A model generated the notes under the pieces. The model saw nothing but the letters and a program-made list of their open reading frames with translations, was not told where the DNA came from and did no database searches. 64,000 bases of DNA from an uncultured Gammaproteobacteria bacterium (GTDB taxonomy: Bacteria; Patescibacteriota; Patescibacteriia; CAZSQN01), in NCBI GenBank assembly GCA_964609095.1, contig CAZSQN010000001.1, forward strand, positions 278,117 to 342,116, in the 5' to 3' direction. Numbering within the stretch: position 1 is the stretch's first letter; every line of letters starts with the position of its first letter. Positions 21,533-30,359 of this stretch are shown piece after piece. The position numbers were made by a program, and so were the translations under genes.

Positions 21533-21890
21533 TCAGGGTTTAGTTCTCAATTTTCTAATCAATACTATAAGCATCTTTTGTACCTCGACGAGCATTTGCT
21601 CTGTTTTGGAGAAATTAATTGCGGGAAATAAATCTTTGGATATTATGATTTGTGTTTCCAATTCGGCCGTTGAAGCGTCGGCAATGCTTAAAAATTGTAT
21701 ATATTCTCCCAAATTTTTCCGTTTGTATCCCTCGGCTATGTTTGAGGGTATTGAGACCGCCGCGCGCCTCATTTGGCTTATTAAGCCGTATAATTCTGAT
21801 TTTGGTAAATCTTCTGTAATTTTATAGATTTCTTTATACTAATTCAATTGATCTTTGCCAGACAGTTAACTGCTTAAACGACTCAATCAT
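21533..21890 (-). pseudogene. Four-helix-bundle (23S rRNA IVS protein / Avd-like) gene, frameshifted
   Basis: MIESFKQLTVWQRSIELV*, then in a shifted frame KEIYKITEDLPKSELYGLISQMRRAAVSIPSNIAEG; one extra base near 21837. Confidence 0.85.
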
Positions 21891-21936
21891 AATGAAAAAG
21901 CTATACCCTTTACCCTAACCCCTAAACCCTTTGTAG

Positions 21937-22224
21937 TTACTTTTCGCTCTTGGCTATTTTTTCCGCGCGTTTGGCCGCGCGTTTGGCAACTTTTGCTTTT
22001 TTGCCCCCGCGGATGGTAGCTGCTTTTTTGGCAACGCGCTCGTGGAATTTTTCCACGCGGCGGGCCGTGTCAACCAGCTTTTGTTTGCCGGTGTAAAAAG
22101 GATGGCAGGCGCTGCAAAGCTCCACCTTGATCTCGGGGACGGTGGAACCGGTGGTAAAGCTCGCGCCGCAGGCGCAAGCCACTTTGGCTTGTTTGTAATA
22201 TTCCGGATGAATGTTCTTTTTCAT
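21937..22224 (-). CDS. rpmE: 50S ribosomal protein L31 (Zn-binding type)
   Basis: [26 protein letters not shown]. Confidence 0.98.
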   Translation of the reverse strand: MKKNIHPEYYKQAKVACACGASFTTGSTVPEIKVELCSACHPFYTGKQKLVDTARRVEKFHERVAKKAATIRGGKKAKVAKRAAKRAEKIAKSEK

Positions 22225-22306
22225 AATTTCAAATTTATGATTTCAGATTTTAGATTTATTTTTATTTAATTTAAATTTGAAATCATCAATCTGAAATCTG
22301 CAATTT

Positions 22307-22468
22307 AGCTTGGTATTAGGTTTATAAAAAATTGTTTATAAATTTAGCCAAAAATTTAGGTTTAAACTTTGCCAGTTATCTGTCATTCCCGCGAAAGCGG
22401 GAATCTACGGGTTCAAATTCTGGATTCCCGCTTTCGCGGGAATGACAATGGAAACCTAATATCAGTTA
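22307..22468. repeat. MITE/REP-like element, copy 2
   Basis: Same as 8657-8792 plus a short internal insertion. Confidence 0.85.
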
Positions 22469-22502
22469 ATTATATTGAGTAGTTTAGCACAAAGCTTGGG
22501 AC

Positions 22503-22531
22503 TTGACAAGAAGCGGCGTTTATGATAGCTT
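22503..22531 (+). promoter_or_regulatory. Sigma70 promoter for the noncoding region
   Basis: TTGACA-17-TAGCTT with extended TG. Confidence 0.6.
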
Positions 22532-22537
22532 GGTCAT

Positions 22538-23084
22538 ACTCGGTGACCGGCGAAAAATTTAAAGACAAAGCCGCTCACCCTGCCCCAAAAAACAGGAGAA
22601 CGTCCACTCCTTTAGGGGACAGTACCGGACGAACGGGAACGGAAGGCACCCCGTATATGGCCGTTGTGTTGGCGACCCGAGACGCAGCGCGTCTGCGGGA
22701 CCAATAGCAAGCCCCGCTTCGCGGAGCCGGCGGCCATATTCAACCTTCCACCTTTTGTTCCTTAAGCGGCTGGGCCTAAAGGAGGCGCCCTATCACTCAT
22801 TACAAACGTTCGTCGGGATTGCAGCCCGCCTCGCAGTACTGCGAGGAGACCCGAAAATAAGCAAAGCAAAAAGGGGTGATGGTCCAATAACCCACATTGA
22901 TCAGGGGTGAGGGCCGCGAACGCGCGTAAAGAGATGGGAGAGATGGTTCAACTCCATCCAGCCGCACTAGTTCGGAATTGGAGGATAAGGCGTCCAGATT
23001 GGCGCAGGAAACGCCATGGTGCAGCCGCCAGTTTCGAACTAACTATCTTAGCAGCGGTTCAGCTAAAAACTGAACCGCTTTTTT
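22538..23084 (+). ncRNA. Putative ~545-nt structured ncRNA (or RNA cluster) with an internal tRNA-like module
   Basis: Own promoter and terminator, no credible ORF, many long stems (22655-22666/22728-22739; 22968-22981/23028-23041), acceptor and T arm at 22766-22966. Confidence 0.7.
23053..23084 (+). terminator. Intrinsic terminator
   Basis: AGCGGTTCAG-CTAAAAA-CTGAACCGCT-TTTTT. Confidence 0.85.
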
Positions 23085-23228
23085 ATTTTGTTGAATGTTA
23101 AATCTTTATTGCCGCTGCTTGACAAAGGGGGGCAATATGATAATGTATTGTTTCGCGCTAAAAGTGGCGCGAACCGCGTCCGGCGGAACCGGGCTATTTG
23201 TACTTTGAAAACAGAAAAGAGGCCGCAC

Positions 23229-25850
23229 ATGGCCGAAAACCCCCGTCAGAGAGAGATGGTTCTTGCGACTAATGAGCAGATGTTTGCGCTGGATAGGACT
23301 TCCGGACAGGTGCTTGCGTTCCGCGGCCCATACAAGGAAGCGCTTTCCACCGATATGCGTCCGGTTGTCTGGCAAGGCGGCCGGTTTATGGAGACGGACG
23401 GCGAGGATGTTGAATCCGCCATTCGTACCTTTGTTAAGGCAACGGAAGAGCAATACGTGATTTTGCGCAATCCCACGAGCGATACTCGGCAGATGACTGC
23501 CGGCAAGAATAACCCGATTGTCCTTCAAACCGGCAAGACGGTTGTGATGCGCGGACCGATTGAGTTTCCGCTTTGGCCCGGCCAGGAGGCCGAGGTCATT
23601 GACGGCCATCAGCTGCGCGAGGATGAGTATTTGCGCATTCGCATCTCCGGACCTGTCGCGTCAAGCGACGCGGCAGCTCTTTGGGACCTGGTGCGCGAAG
23701 AATGGCGTTATGCCGTTTCAAAGCCCGCTCCCAAGGAGGGTAGTAGAGCTTCTGCTTCACTACCCTCCAAGCAGGAAGAGGGAAATACTGCGGCAACTGT
23801 TGCGGAATCGCCTTCAGAGGCGCGTTTTCCGCTCGGAGCCGAGTATGTGGTTTGGGGTTACAAGACCCCGTTTTTCATTCCGCCTACTGGCGTGACCGTT
23901 CTTCCGACTGACTCGTCAAAGAGCAGGTGCTTTGTAAGGCGCGGCGTTCGCCTGGCGGCAGATGAATATGCCGTGCTGGTGAATCGCGCCGGACGCGTGA
24001 GCTATGTTTACGGTCCGACGACCGTGATTCCCTGCGTTGACCAGGAATTCAGGAATACGCCCATCGGGCGTCCTGAGTTCAAGGCCGTGGCCATTGACGA
24101 GAATTCCGGAGTTTTGCTCCGGACTCTTGCCGAGATGACTGTGGCCGAGGCGCGAGAACGCGTTCCCGGTGCCGTGATGACGGGCGATGTTTCGCCTGAT
24201 TCCAAACTGCCCCCGGGCACCCAGCTTGTCGTCTGGAAGGAAAACCGTCTGGTTTTCCCGGCCGACGGCATTGAGATTGTGCGCAAGTTTGATTCCGTTC
24301 ATATCCATGCCGGCACTGCCCGCTATGTGAAGAACATGATGACCGGAATCACTTCCGTTGTCCGCGGAGAGAAGCTGTATCTGGCAGATCCGCGAGTGGA
24401 GCAATTTGTGGAGCGCGTGATTTCCGAGCGCGAGAAGGGATTGTGGTTCCCGCGAGGGGACTATGACCACTCTCTTGTGCCTTGCATCACTGTTCCGCAA
24501 GGAACTGCGGCCATGGTGCTTGGCGGCGTTGACCAAGACGGCAATGTTCCCAGGAAGGTCCTGGTCGGACACACTGTCCATTTCCTTAGTTGGGATGAAA
24601 CCTTGGCCACGCTCAAGATTTCCGGCTCCAAGCCCGGACAGCCCAAGGATTGGAAGAACGCGGTTGAGGTCTGCTTCTTGTGGACCACCGGAAACCGCGT
24701 CAATGACAGCATGGTTGGCCGTTCGCGCGATGATTGCGAGTTCACGCTTGAGTACACCTTGACCGTGGACTTTGATCGCGTGAAGAGCGACGACTGGTTT
24801 GCCGTTGACGATTACGTCTATCTGGTTTGCGACGAGGTGCGGAGCCGCCTTTTGGGCTCTTTGCTCGTCTATCCCATCGGCGACATTGCCACCAATTTTG
24901 TCAATTTGGTGCGCGACATCATTCTGGGCAAAAAGGAAGGCGAGAAGCATCGGCCCGGCATTGAGTTTGCCCGCTGCGGCGCCAAACTTGTTGACATCAA
25001 CGTCAAGAGTTTCAAAATCAATGACGCTCAGCTTGAGGCCTCTTTGAAGCGGCTTCAGCAGGCTGCCGTCGGTGATTCCATCAAGACGCGCGAAGCAATG
25101 GTCGCGCTTGATGGCGAACGCTCGCGCGGTACGATTGAAGGCGAGCGTCTTGCCGTCAGTTTGGCCCTGAAGAAAGCGCAAATTGACGCGGCCGTGCAGT
25201 CTGCGGAAGCCGAACAGGAAAAGCAGCGCCGCACGGAAGAAGCCGTGCGCCGCACGGAAGAAGAGCGCATTGCTGCCGCACAGGAGCTTGCCAAGCTTCG
25301 CGCCGCTGCCGATAGGGCAGACGCGGAGCTCGGCCATGCCATTGCCAAGCTGCAGATGGAGCAATCCAGAGAGCTGGAAACGTCGTCAGCCAAGCTCCGC
25401 GCTGATTTGGACCTTTTGACCGTCGAAACGAAAAAGACGGTTGCCGAGATGGCTGTTCAGATTTCCGAGCTTGATGCCCAGGGTCAGACAGCCCTGCTCG
25501 CTCCGGAGATGGCGCGGGATAAGGCCAAGATGGACGCTCTGGTTGCCGAGGTGGTGGCAAGGGCCGAGGCAGATGCCAAGGTCAACGCCTCCATTTCTCC
25601 CGCCATTGCGGCCAATTTGCGGCTGCTTGCGGAGTCGGGCTTGACGGCTCGCGTTGCCGAATCGCTTGGGCGCTCGGCTATTTTCAAGGACATGGATGTG
25701 ATGGAGCTTCTGGGACGCATGGCCGGAGGCGCTCCGGTTGTGGAGCGCGTGATTGACGCGGTCAGGACCAAGAAGCTGCGAGACAACGGGCATCCGAAGA
25801 CTGAACCGGCGGCGCTGAGCTTGCCCCAGCCGGAGGATGGCACCAAGTAA
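23229..25850 (+). CDS. Major vault protein (MVP) homolog, 873 aa
   Basis: Tandem beta repeats with V..GP motifs, SPFH-like shoulder (WFAVDDYVYLVCDEVRSRL...FVNLVRDIILG...CGAKLVDINVKSF), long coiled-coil cap; start at ATG 23229 after AAGAGG. Confidence 0.85.
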   Translation: MAENPRQREMVLATNEQMFALDRTSGQVLAFRGPYKEALSTDMRPVVWQGGRFMETDGEDVESAIRTFVKATEEQYVILRNPTSDTRQMTAGKNNPIVLQTGKTVVMRGPIEFPLWPGQEAEVIDGHQLREDEYLRIRISGPVASSDAAALWDLVREEWRYAVSKPAPKEGSRASASLPSKQEEGNTAATVAESPSEARFPLGAEYVVWGYKTPFFIPPTGVTVLPTDSSKSRCFVRRGVRLAADEYAVLVNRAGRVSYVYGPTTVIPCVDQEFRNTPIGRPEFKAVAIDENSGVLLRTLAEMTVAEARERVPGAVMTGDVSPDSKLPPGTQLVVWKENRLVFPADGIEIVRKFDSVHIHAGTARYVKNMMTGITSVVRGEKLYLADPRVEQFVERVISEREKGLWFPRGDYDHSLVPCITVPQGTAAMVLGGVDQDGNVPRKVLVGHTVHFLSWDETLATLKISGSKPGQPKDWKNAVEVCFLWTTGNRVNDSMVGRSRDDCEFTLEYTLTVDFDRVKSDDWFAVDDYVYLVCDEVRSRLLGSLLVYPIGDIATNFVNLVRDIILGKKEGEKHRPGIEFARCGAKLVDINVKSFKINDAQLEASLKRLQQAAVGDSIKTREAMVALDGERSRGTIEGERLAVSLALKKAQIDAAVQSAEAEQEKQRRTEEAVRRTEEERIAAAQELAKLRAAADRADAELGHAIAKLQMEQSRELETSSAKLRADLDLLTVETKKTVAEMAVQISELDAQGQTALLAPEMARDKAKMDALVAEVVARAEADAKVNASISPAIAANLRLLAESGLTARVAESLGRSAIFKDMDVMELLGRMAGGAPVVERVIDAVRTKKLRDNGHPKTEPAALSLPQPEDGTK

Positions 25851-25866
25851 TTTGGTTCTTTAGCAT

Positions 25867-25902
25867 AACCCCGCCCCGATACCTATCGGGACGGGGTTTT
25901 TT
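25867..25902 (+). terminator. Intrinsic terminator after the MVP gene
   Basis: AACCCCGCCCCGAT-ACCT-ATCGGGACGGGGTTTTTT. Confidence 0.8.
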
Positions 25903-25928
25903 ATTACGATTAAATTGCAAAATAAAGA

Positions 25929-25956
25929 TACTATGATAATATGTATAATCATAGTA
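25929..25956. promoter_or_regulatory. Palindromic operator-like site, copy 1
   Basis: TACTATGAT-AATATGTATA-ATCATAGTA; repeated at 26456. Confidence 0.7.
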
Positions 25957-25984
25957 TGAACTAATAATTATTATTTTTTAAATT

Positions 25985-26431
25985 ATGCCTAAAGTTAATC
26001 CCAGATTTCTTAATCAAACGCAAAGAATGAAATATTTGGATATTTTATGGACGTCAATCGCCGGACTCCAAACTCGCGAGGAGGTCAAGTCCTTTTTTAA
26101 GGATTTGTTGAGCGAAAGCGAAGCCATTATGCTTGGACGGAGAATTGAAGTGGCCAAGTCGCTTTTGGACGGGAAAACATATGAAGAGATTGTAAGAAAT
26201 TTGCATGTTGGGGCGGATACGATCGGCACTGTTCAAAGGTGGTTGACCTCCGGATTTGGGGGATATGAAAAGGCGTTGGAAAATTTTGAGAGGGTTCTTG
26301 AGAAAAGAAAAGAAATTGAAATAAATAATAATTTGCAGCCATACAGTTTTGAATGGCTAAAAAAGAAATACCCGCTTCATTTTCTTTTGTTTAACATAAT
26401 GGATAAGACCAGTAAGAAAAATAAAAAATAG
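25985..26431 (+). CDS. TrpR-like (YerC/YecD) regulator
   Basis: FFKDLLSESEAIMLGRRIEVAKSLLDGKTYEEI...TIGTVQRWL. Confidence 0.88.
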   Translation: MPKVNPRFLNQTQRMKYLDILWTSIAGLQTREEVKSFFKDLLSESEAIMLGRRIEVAKSLLDGKTYEEIVRNLHVGADTIGTVQRWLTSGFGGYEKALENFERVLEKRKEIEINNNLQPYSFEWLKKKYPLHFLLFNIMDKTSKKNKK

Positions 26432-26455
26432 GATTATAAAATGAAATGCAAGCGA

Positions 26456-26483
26456 CACTATGATAATATGTATAATCATAGTG
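26456..26483. promoter_or_regulatory. Palindromic operator-like site, copy 2
   Basis: CACTATGAT-AATATGTATA-ATCATAGTG. Confidence 0.7.
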
Positions 26484-26561
26484 TAAGCTGGTTGTGGAGA
26501 TTGGATTTATCTGATAAGGTCATTTTATTGCTCTTTGCCAATCAGAAAAGGAGAAGGTCAA

Positions 26562-27386
26562 ATGAAGGATAAAATGAACATTCTTTTGTCTATTGTTGCG
26601 CAGATGCAGCGAATTTTTGGCGAGACATATTTTCTTCAATCACAAGGACGATTACGGTATGAAGAGATGGCGGACACGACGAACTCCTTTAGGTGCTGGT
26701 TTTGGGGCCGTGACAGAGAAAGCGATTTAGAATACTTGCTTTGTTGCCCCACGCCATCTTGGCGTGAACATCATCTCCGCCTTTTGAGATTTTCTCCAAT
26801 TCGCGGCTGGATTTGCGAAATTGGTCCCGGCGTCAGCGAGAATGGGTCAATCTCTGTCCTTGAACAATCTACGCCGCAAGTTTGCGCTCGTGTTCCGGTG
26901 GTAGTAAAAAGCAATGATCAAAATGAGCCGATAATCAGGATTGACGGAGAATGCGATAAGGAAGCCAAGTTTGGCGGTATAAGGGTAGTATCGTTCCACG
27001 AACGTTTTCGCGTGGAGTTTGAATTTGTGAATGGCACTTTGTTGGTTCGGAGAATCTCCGTAAGGCATTTCGGCGATAATCTTGCGAGAATAGAAGTTCC
27101 TTCAGGACTGCCAATTGGGACAATTGAGCCCGAGATGCTTTCTCCTGAAGGGCGAAATGCTTTTCTTGCGGAAGTGCGGACGTGGAGTGCCGAGTATTTC
27201 GCGGCTTGCGAAGCATGGGTTAAGACGGTGGAAAGTTATAATCTTCCTCCGCCGGTCGTGGCTTTGGAAAGTGGCAGCTATCAAATCTGGGGACGAGATA
27301 TTCCCGCCAAACTTTTTGATTTTGCCAAGCTTCTTGAAGAAGCCAATTCTCGTTTGGAGTCGCTCCGCGGTTCGTTGCCGGAGTAA
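26562..27386 (+). CDS. Hypothetical protein (274 aa)
   Basis: SD AAAGGAG, boxA-like leader, terminator after; no recognisable motif. Confidence 0.7.
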   Translation: MKDKMNILLSIVAQMQRIFGETYFLQSQGRLRYEEMADTTNSFRCWFWGRDRESDLEYLLCCPTPSWREHHLRLLRFSPIRGWICEIGPGVSENGSISVLEQSTPQVCARVPVVVKSNDQNEPIIRIDGECDKEAKFGGIRVVSFHERFRVEFEFVNGTLLVRRISVRHFGDNLARIEVPSGLPIGTIEPEMLSPEGRNAFLAEVRTWSAEYFAACEAWVKTVESYNLPPPVVALESGSYQIWGRDIPAKLFDFAKLLEEANSRLESLRGSLPE

Positions 27387-27553
27387 AGTGTCAAATGAGT
27401 CGGTCTAAAAAGCCGGCTCTTTTTGTATGTTTTTCTCCAACCGAATGGCTTGACATCTTCCATATTTTCGTAGTAACATTTTCTGTTGTTCTTTTCAGCC
27501 CAAGGCTGATCCGCCGCAGGCGGAAACAGCCGAATAAAAAGAAAGGAAAAGCA

Positions 27554-29365
27554 ATGAGCCAAGAACCGCTCGTAACCTATGCGGACAAGCCGTTTGATTT
27601 TGCCGAAGTGCGCAAGTTCGCCAGGAATTTTCGCGCGCTGCTTAGGCCTTATCGGCCGATGCTTCGGCCGGCAATGTTCTGGGTGTTCGTGGTGCAGATG
27701 TCGGCAATTTTGGAACCGGCATTTATCACCTGGGGCATTGATTCTTTTGTTCGGCACGGCAGGGCCGTCAAGCCCTGGATCGCGCCCTATGCCGGAGTCA
27801 TGCTTCTCGCGGTGCTTTTAATCGGACTCACGGTTGTTGCCAAAAACCGTTCCATCCGCAAGGTCATCTTCAAAATTGAAGAGGGAATTTATCTTGATTG
27901 CGTCAAAAAACTTCTTCATTTGCCGCTGGCCTTCCATCTGCGCGAAAATACCGGTTCGCTTATAGGCAAGGTGATTAAAGGCGTCAATCGGCTTACGGAA
28001 ATGGTGGCCATTGTCTATTGGGAGGTTTTGCCCCTGCTCGTCCAGACCATCGTGACAGTGGCGGTTGTTTTTTATCTCTCGCCCGGAGTGGCCGCGGTCA
28101 TTCTTGTCGCGGTAATTTGCTTTTTGTATCTTACGGTGAGCTTGAAACGGCGTTTTGCCGCGCTGCGCAAGCAGAGGCACGAGTACGACGCGGAAGCTGA
28201 CGAGCTTGCCGGACAGGCCATAACTAATGTGATGACGGTGCAGAGTTTTAGCCAGGAAGAGCGGGAATACGAAATGGTTAAAAAGTTGCGCGGATTGATT
28301 GTGAAACACGCGGACACGGAATTCACTCAATATGAATACGGCTACTTGCGGCAGAACGCCATCGTGACGGTTGGCCGCGTGCTTGTTTTCGCCATTGCGG
28401 CTTATGCCGTTATTGGCGGAGGGCTTTCGGTCGGCATTTTTGTTTTCTCCGTCACTTTGGCCGAAAAGGTTTTTGCTTCCGCCTATCGTATCGGGAGCGT
28501 CTTAGATCGGCTTCAGGAAACGGCGGATAAGGTGCAGATTATGCATGATCTCCTGCATACGGCGGAAACAGTGAAAGACCCGGAAAATCCGCGGCCATGT
28601 CCCAAACTTTCCGGAGCCATTGAATTCCGCGATGTCACCTATCGCTATCAAAGCCAAGATGACAATTTGCGGGAAGCGGTCATTAACAATTTGTCTTTTA
28701 AGGCGGAAGCCGGCGAAACCATCGGCATTGTCGGAAGTTCCGGCGGAGGCAAATCAACCTTGGCTAAGCTGCTTTTGCGTTTTGACGATCCGGAGAGCGG
28801 GGCGATTCTGCTTGACGGCAAAGATATCAGAACCTTGCGCCGCGCTGATTTCCGGCGGCAGATTGGCTATGTGCCGCAGGAAGTGGAGATTAACGACGGC
28901 ACGATTTTAGACAATATCCGCTACGGGCGGCCAAACGCGGAACAGGCGGCCGTGATTGAAGCGGCAAAACTCGCCAATGCCCACGACTTCATTGTGGAAA
29001 AATGCGACCGCGGGTACGAAACGGTTGTGGGAAATCGCGGTTTGCGGCTTTCCGGAGGACAGCGCCAGAGAGTGGGACTCGCGCGCGCTTTGATTCTTAA
29101 TCCGCCGATTCTTATTTTGGACGAAGCCACGGCCTCGGTTGACCCCGAATCAGAGTTTAAGATTCGGCAGGCGCTTGCCGGACTGGAGGGAAGCCGGACG
29201 CTCCTCATCATCGCGCATCGGCTTTCCACTATTAAAAACGCTGACCGGATTCTGGTGATTGAAGACGGGCGCATTGTGGAGCAAGGCGCGTATTCGCAAT
29301 TGCTCGCCAAAGGCGGACGGTTTGCGGAGCTCGTGATGCACCAGCTGGACAGAGAGCCGAATTAG
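27554..29365 (+). CDS. ABC exporter, fused permease/ATPase (MsbA/MdlB-like)
   Basis: TM domain, GSSGGGKST, LSGGQRQR, ILDEAT, IAHRLST. Confidence 0.95.
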   Translation: MSQEPLVTYADKPFDFAEVRKFARNFRALLRPYRPMLRPAMFWVFVVQMSAILEPAFITWGIDSFVRHGRAVKPWIAPYAGVMLLAVLLIGLTVVAKNRSIRKVIFKIEEGIYLDCVKKLLHLPLAFHLRENTGSLIGKVIKGVNRLTEMVAIVYWEVLPLLVQTIVTVAVVFYLSPGVAAVILVAVICFLYLTVSLKRRFAALRKQRHEYDAEADELAGQAITNVMTVQSFSQEEREYEMVKKLRGLIVKHADTEFTQYEYGYLRQNAIVTVGRVLVFAIAAYAVIGGGLSVGIFVFSVTLAEKVFASAYRIGSVLDRLQETADKVQIMHDLLHTAETVKDPENPRPCPKLSGAIEFRDVTYRYQSQDDNLREAVINNLSFKAEAGETIGIVGSSGGGKSTLAKLLLRFDDPESGAILLDGKDIRTLRRADFRRQIGYVPQEVEINDGTILDNIRYGRPNAEQAAVIEAAKLANAHDFIVEKCDRGYETVVGNRGLRLSGGQRQRVGLARALILNPPILILDEATASVDPESEFKIRQALAGLEGSRTLLIIAHRLSTIKNADRILVIEDGRIVEQGAYSQLLAKGGRFAELVMHQLDREPN

Positions 29366-29425
29366 AACATTGAAAAACCCCGTTGGGAAACCAACGGGGA
29401 TTTTTGTTATAATAATATAATGCTT

Positions 29426-29594
29426 AACTCATTTAGTGTTATTACTATAATTGGCTCAACGTGGCCAAAAATTGGCGAAACCTTTGGCCTGTCATTCCCG
29501 TGTAAACGGGAATCCAGGCGCTCAAATTATTGGTTTAGTAATTGTGGATTCCCGCTTTCGCGGGAATGACAATCGGCGAAACCCTAAATGAGTT
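29426..29594. repeat. MITE/REP-like element, divergent copy 3
   Basis: Terminal IR AACTCATTTAG/CTAAATGAGTT with TGTCATTCCCG...GGGAATGACA core. Confidence 0.75.
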
Positions 29595-29612
29595 CGCTAA
29601 TCTCGATGATTT

Positions 29613-30071
29613 ATGCTCAAGCTCCGATTTTTATTTTTTATAATAATGATTATTCTTGCCGCGATTATCGGCAAAAAATATAATGCTCCGGAAGTAAGAG
29701 ATAAAATAGGAGAAATTGTCCAAAAAATTAAGCAGGCGGCCGATGGGCAAAAACAGCTTTCTCCAGAAGAAAAACAATCGGCTTTAACCAAAGAGCTTGA
29801 AACAAATCTTAATCAGATTGAAGAGGCGTTAAAAGAAATCGCCAAAAGCCGCAACGGAGCGGGAAATGCCGCGAATAAAGAGTCAGAAGAATCAGCGGTT
29901 TCAAAGGGAGCAATGGCTAATTTGATTGCCGGCATTTTGGGAAAAAATGATGAAAATCCGGAAAAGGCGGCGGAGGCGGCCGTCTCCCGGGCGCAGGATA
30001 TCATTGACGAATTAAAAGGAGTTCAGATTCAGACCAGTCGCGCCGCTCATGAAGCATGCGGGGAAAAATAG
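29613..30071 (+). CDS. Membrane-anchored hypothetical protein
   Basis: N-terminal TM segment, helical body. Confidence 0.6.
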   Translation: MLKLRFLFFIIMIILAAIIGKKYNAPEVRDKIGEIVQKIKQAADGQKQLSPEEKQSALTKELETNLNQIEEALKEIAKSRNGAGNAANKESEESAVSKGAMANLIAGILGKNDENPEKAAEAAVSRAQDIIDELKGVQIQTSRAAHEACGEK

Positions 30072-30173
30072 TCCCGCACATAACTTTAAATATTTAACGC
30101 TATAAAAAATTATTTTATTCAAATATCCGTCTGAAATCAATAATAAATATTTAAATTAAAGTTATGTGCGGGA
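30072..30173. repeat. CCCGCACATAAC-type inverted-repeat element
   Basis: TCCCGCACATAACTTTAA...TTAAAGTTATGTGCGGGA; relatives at 42828 and 51386. Confidence 0.8.
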
Positions 30174-30267
30174 TTGACTTTTCTTATATATAATGTAAGA
30201 TATTGTTTATTAAAGGTTATCGCCCAAGCTATGCGGCCGGGCAAGAACCTTTTTAATTTTAATTAAT

Positions 30268-30350
30268 TCACATCTTTCCGGACTGCTTTATTCCTCCCCG
30301 ATAGCCGTCGGGGCATAAAGCGGAATGAAGGGAAGAGAGGATAAAAGGAA
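30268..30350 (+). promoter_or_regulatory. Probable structured rpsB 5' leader
   Basis: CACATCTTTCC...GGAAGAGAGG pairing with inner hairpin CCCCGAT/GTCGGGG directly upstream of rpsB. Confidence 0.45.
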
Positions 30351-30359
30351 TATAATTAT

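Noticed and set aside
21533-21890. Diversity-generating retroelement (Avd-like protein)
   Set aside because: No reverse transcriptase or TR/VR pair with adenine mismatches in the window; the FG-GAP duplication shows no such mismatches.
22590-22930. RNase P RNA, T-box or group I intron identity for the ncRNA
   Set aside because: GAGAACGTCC only loosely resembles the P4 5' strand and no 3' partner was seen; GGGGTGAGGGCCGCG lacks the T-box UGGN; no group I core was recognised. A covariance search is still needed.
22522-23101. Short ORFs 22522-22707 and 22907-23101
   Set aside because: No SD or protein-like features; they overlap the promoter, RNA stems and terminator.
23916-25364. 482-aa antisense ORF inside the MVP gene
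   Set aside because: Typical stop-free shadow frame of a GC-rich gene; no motifs.
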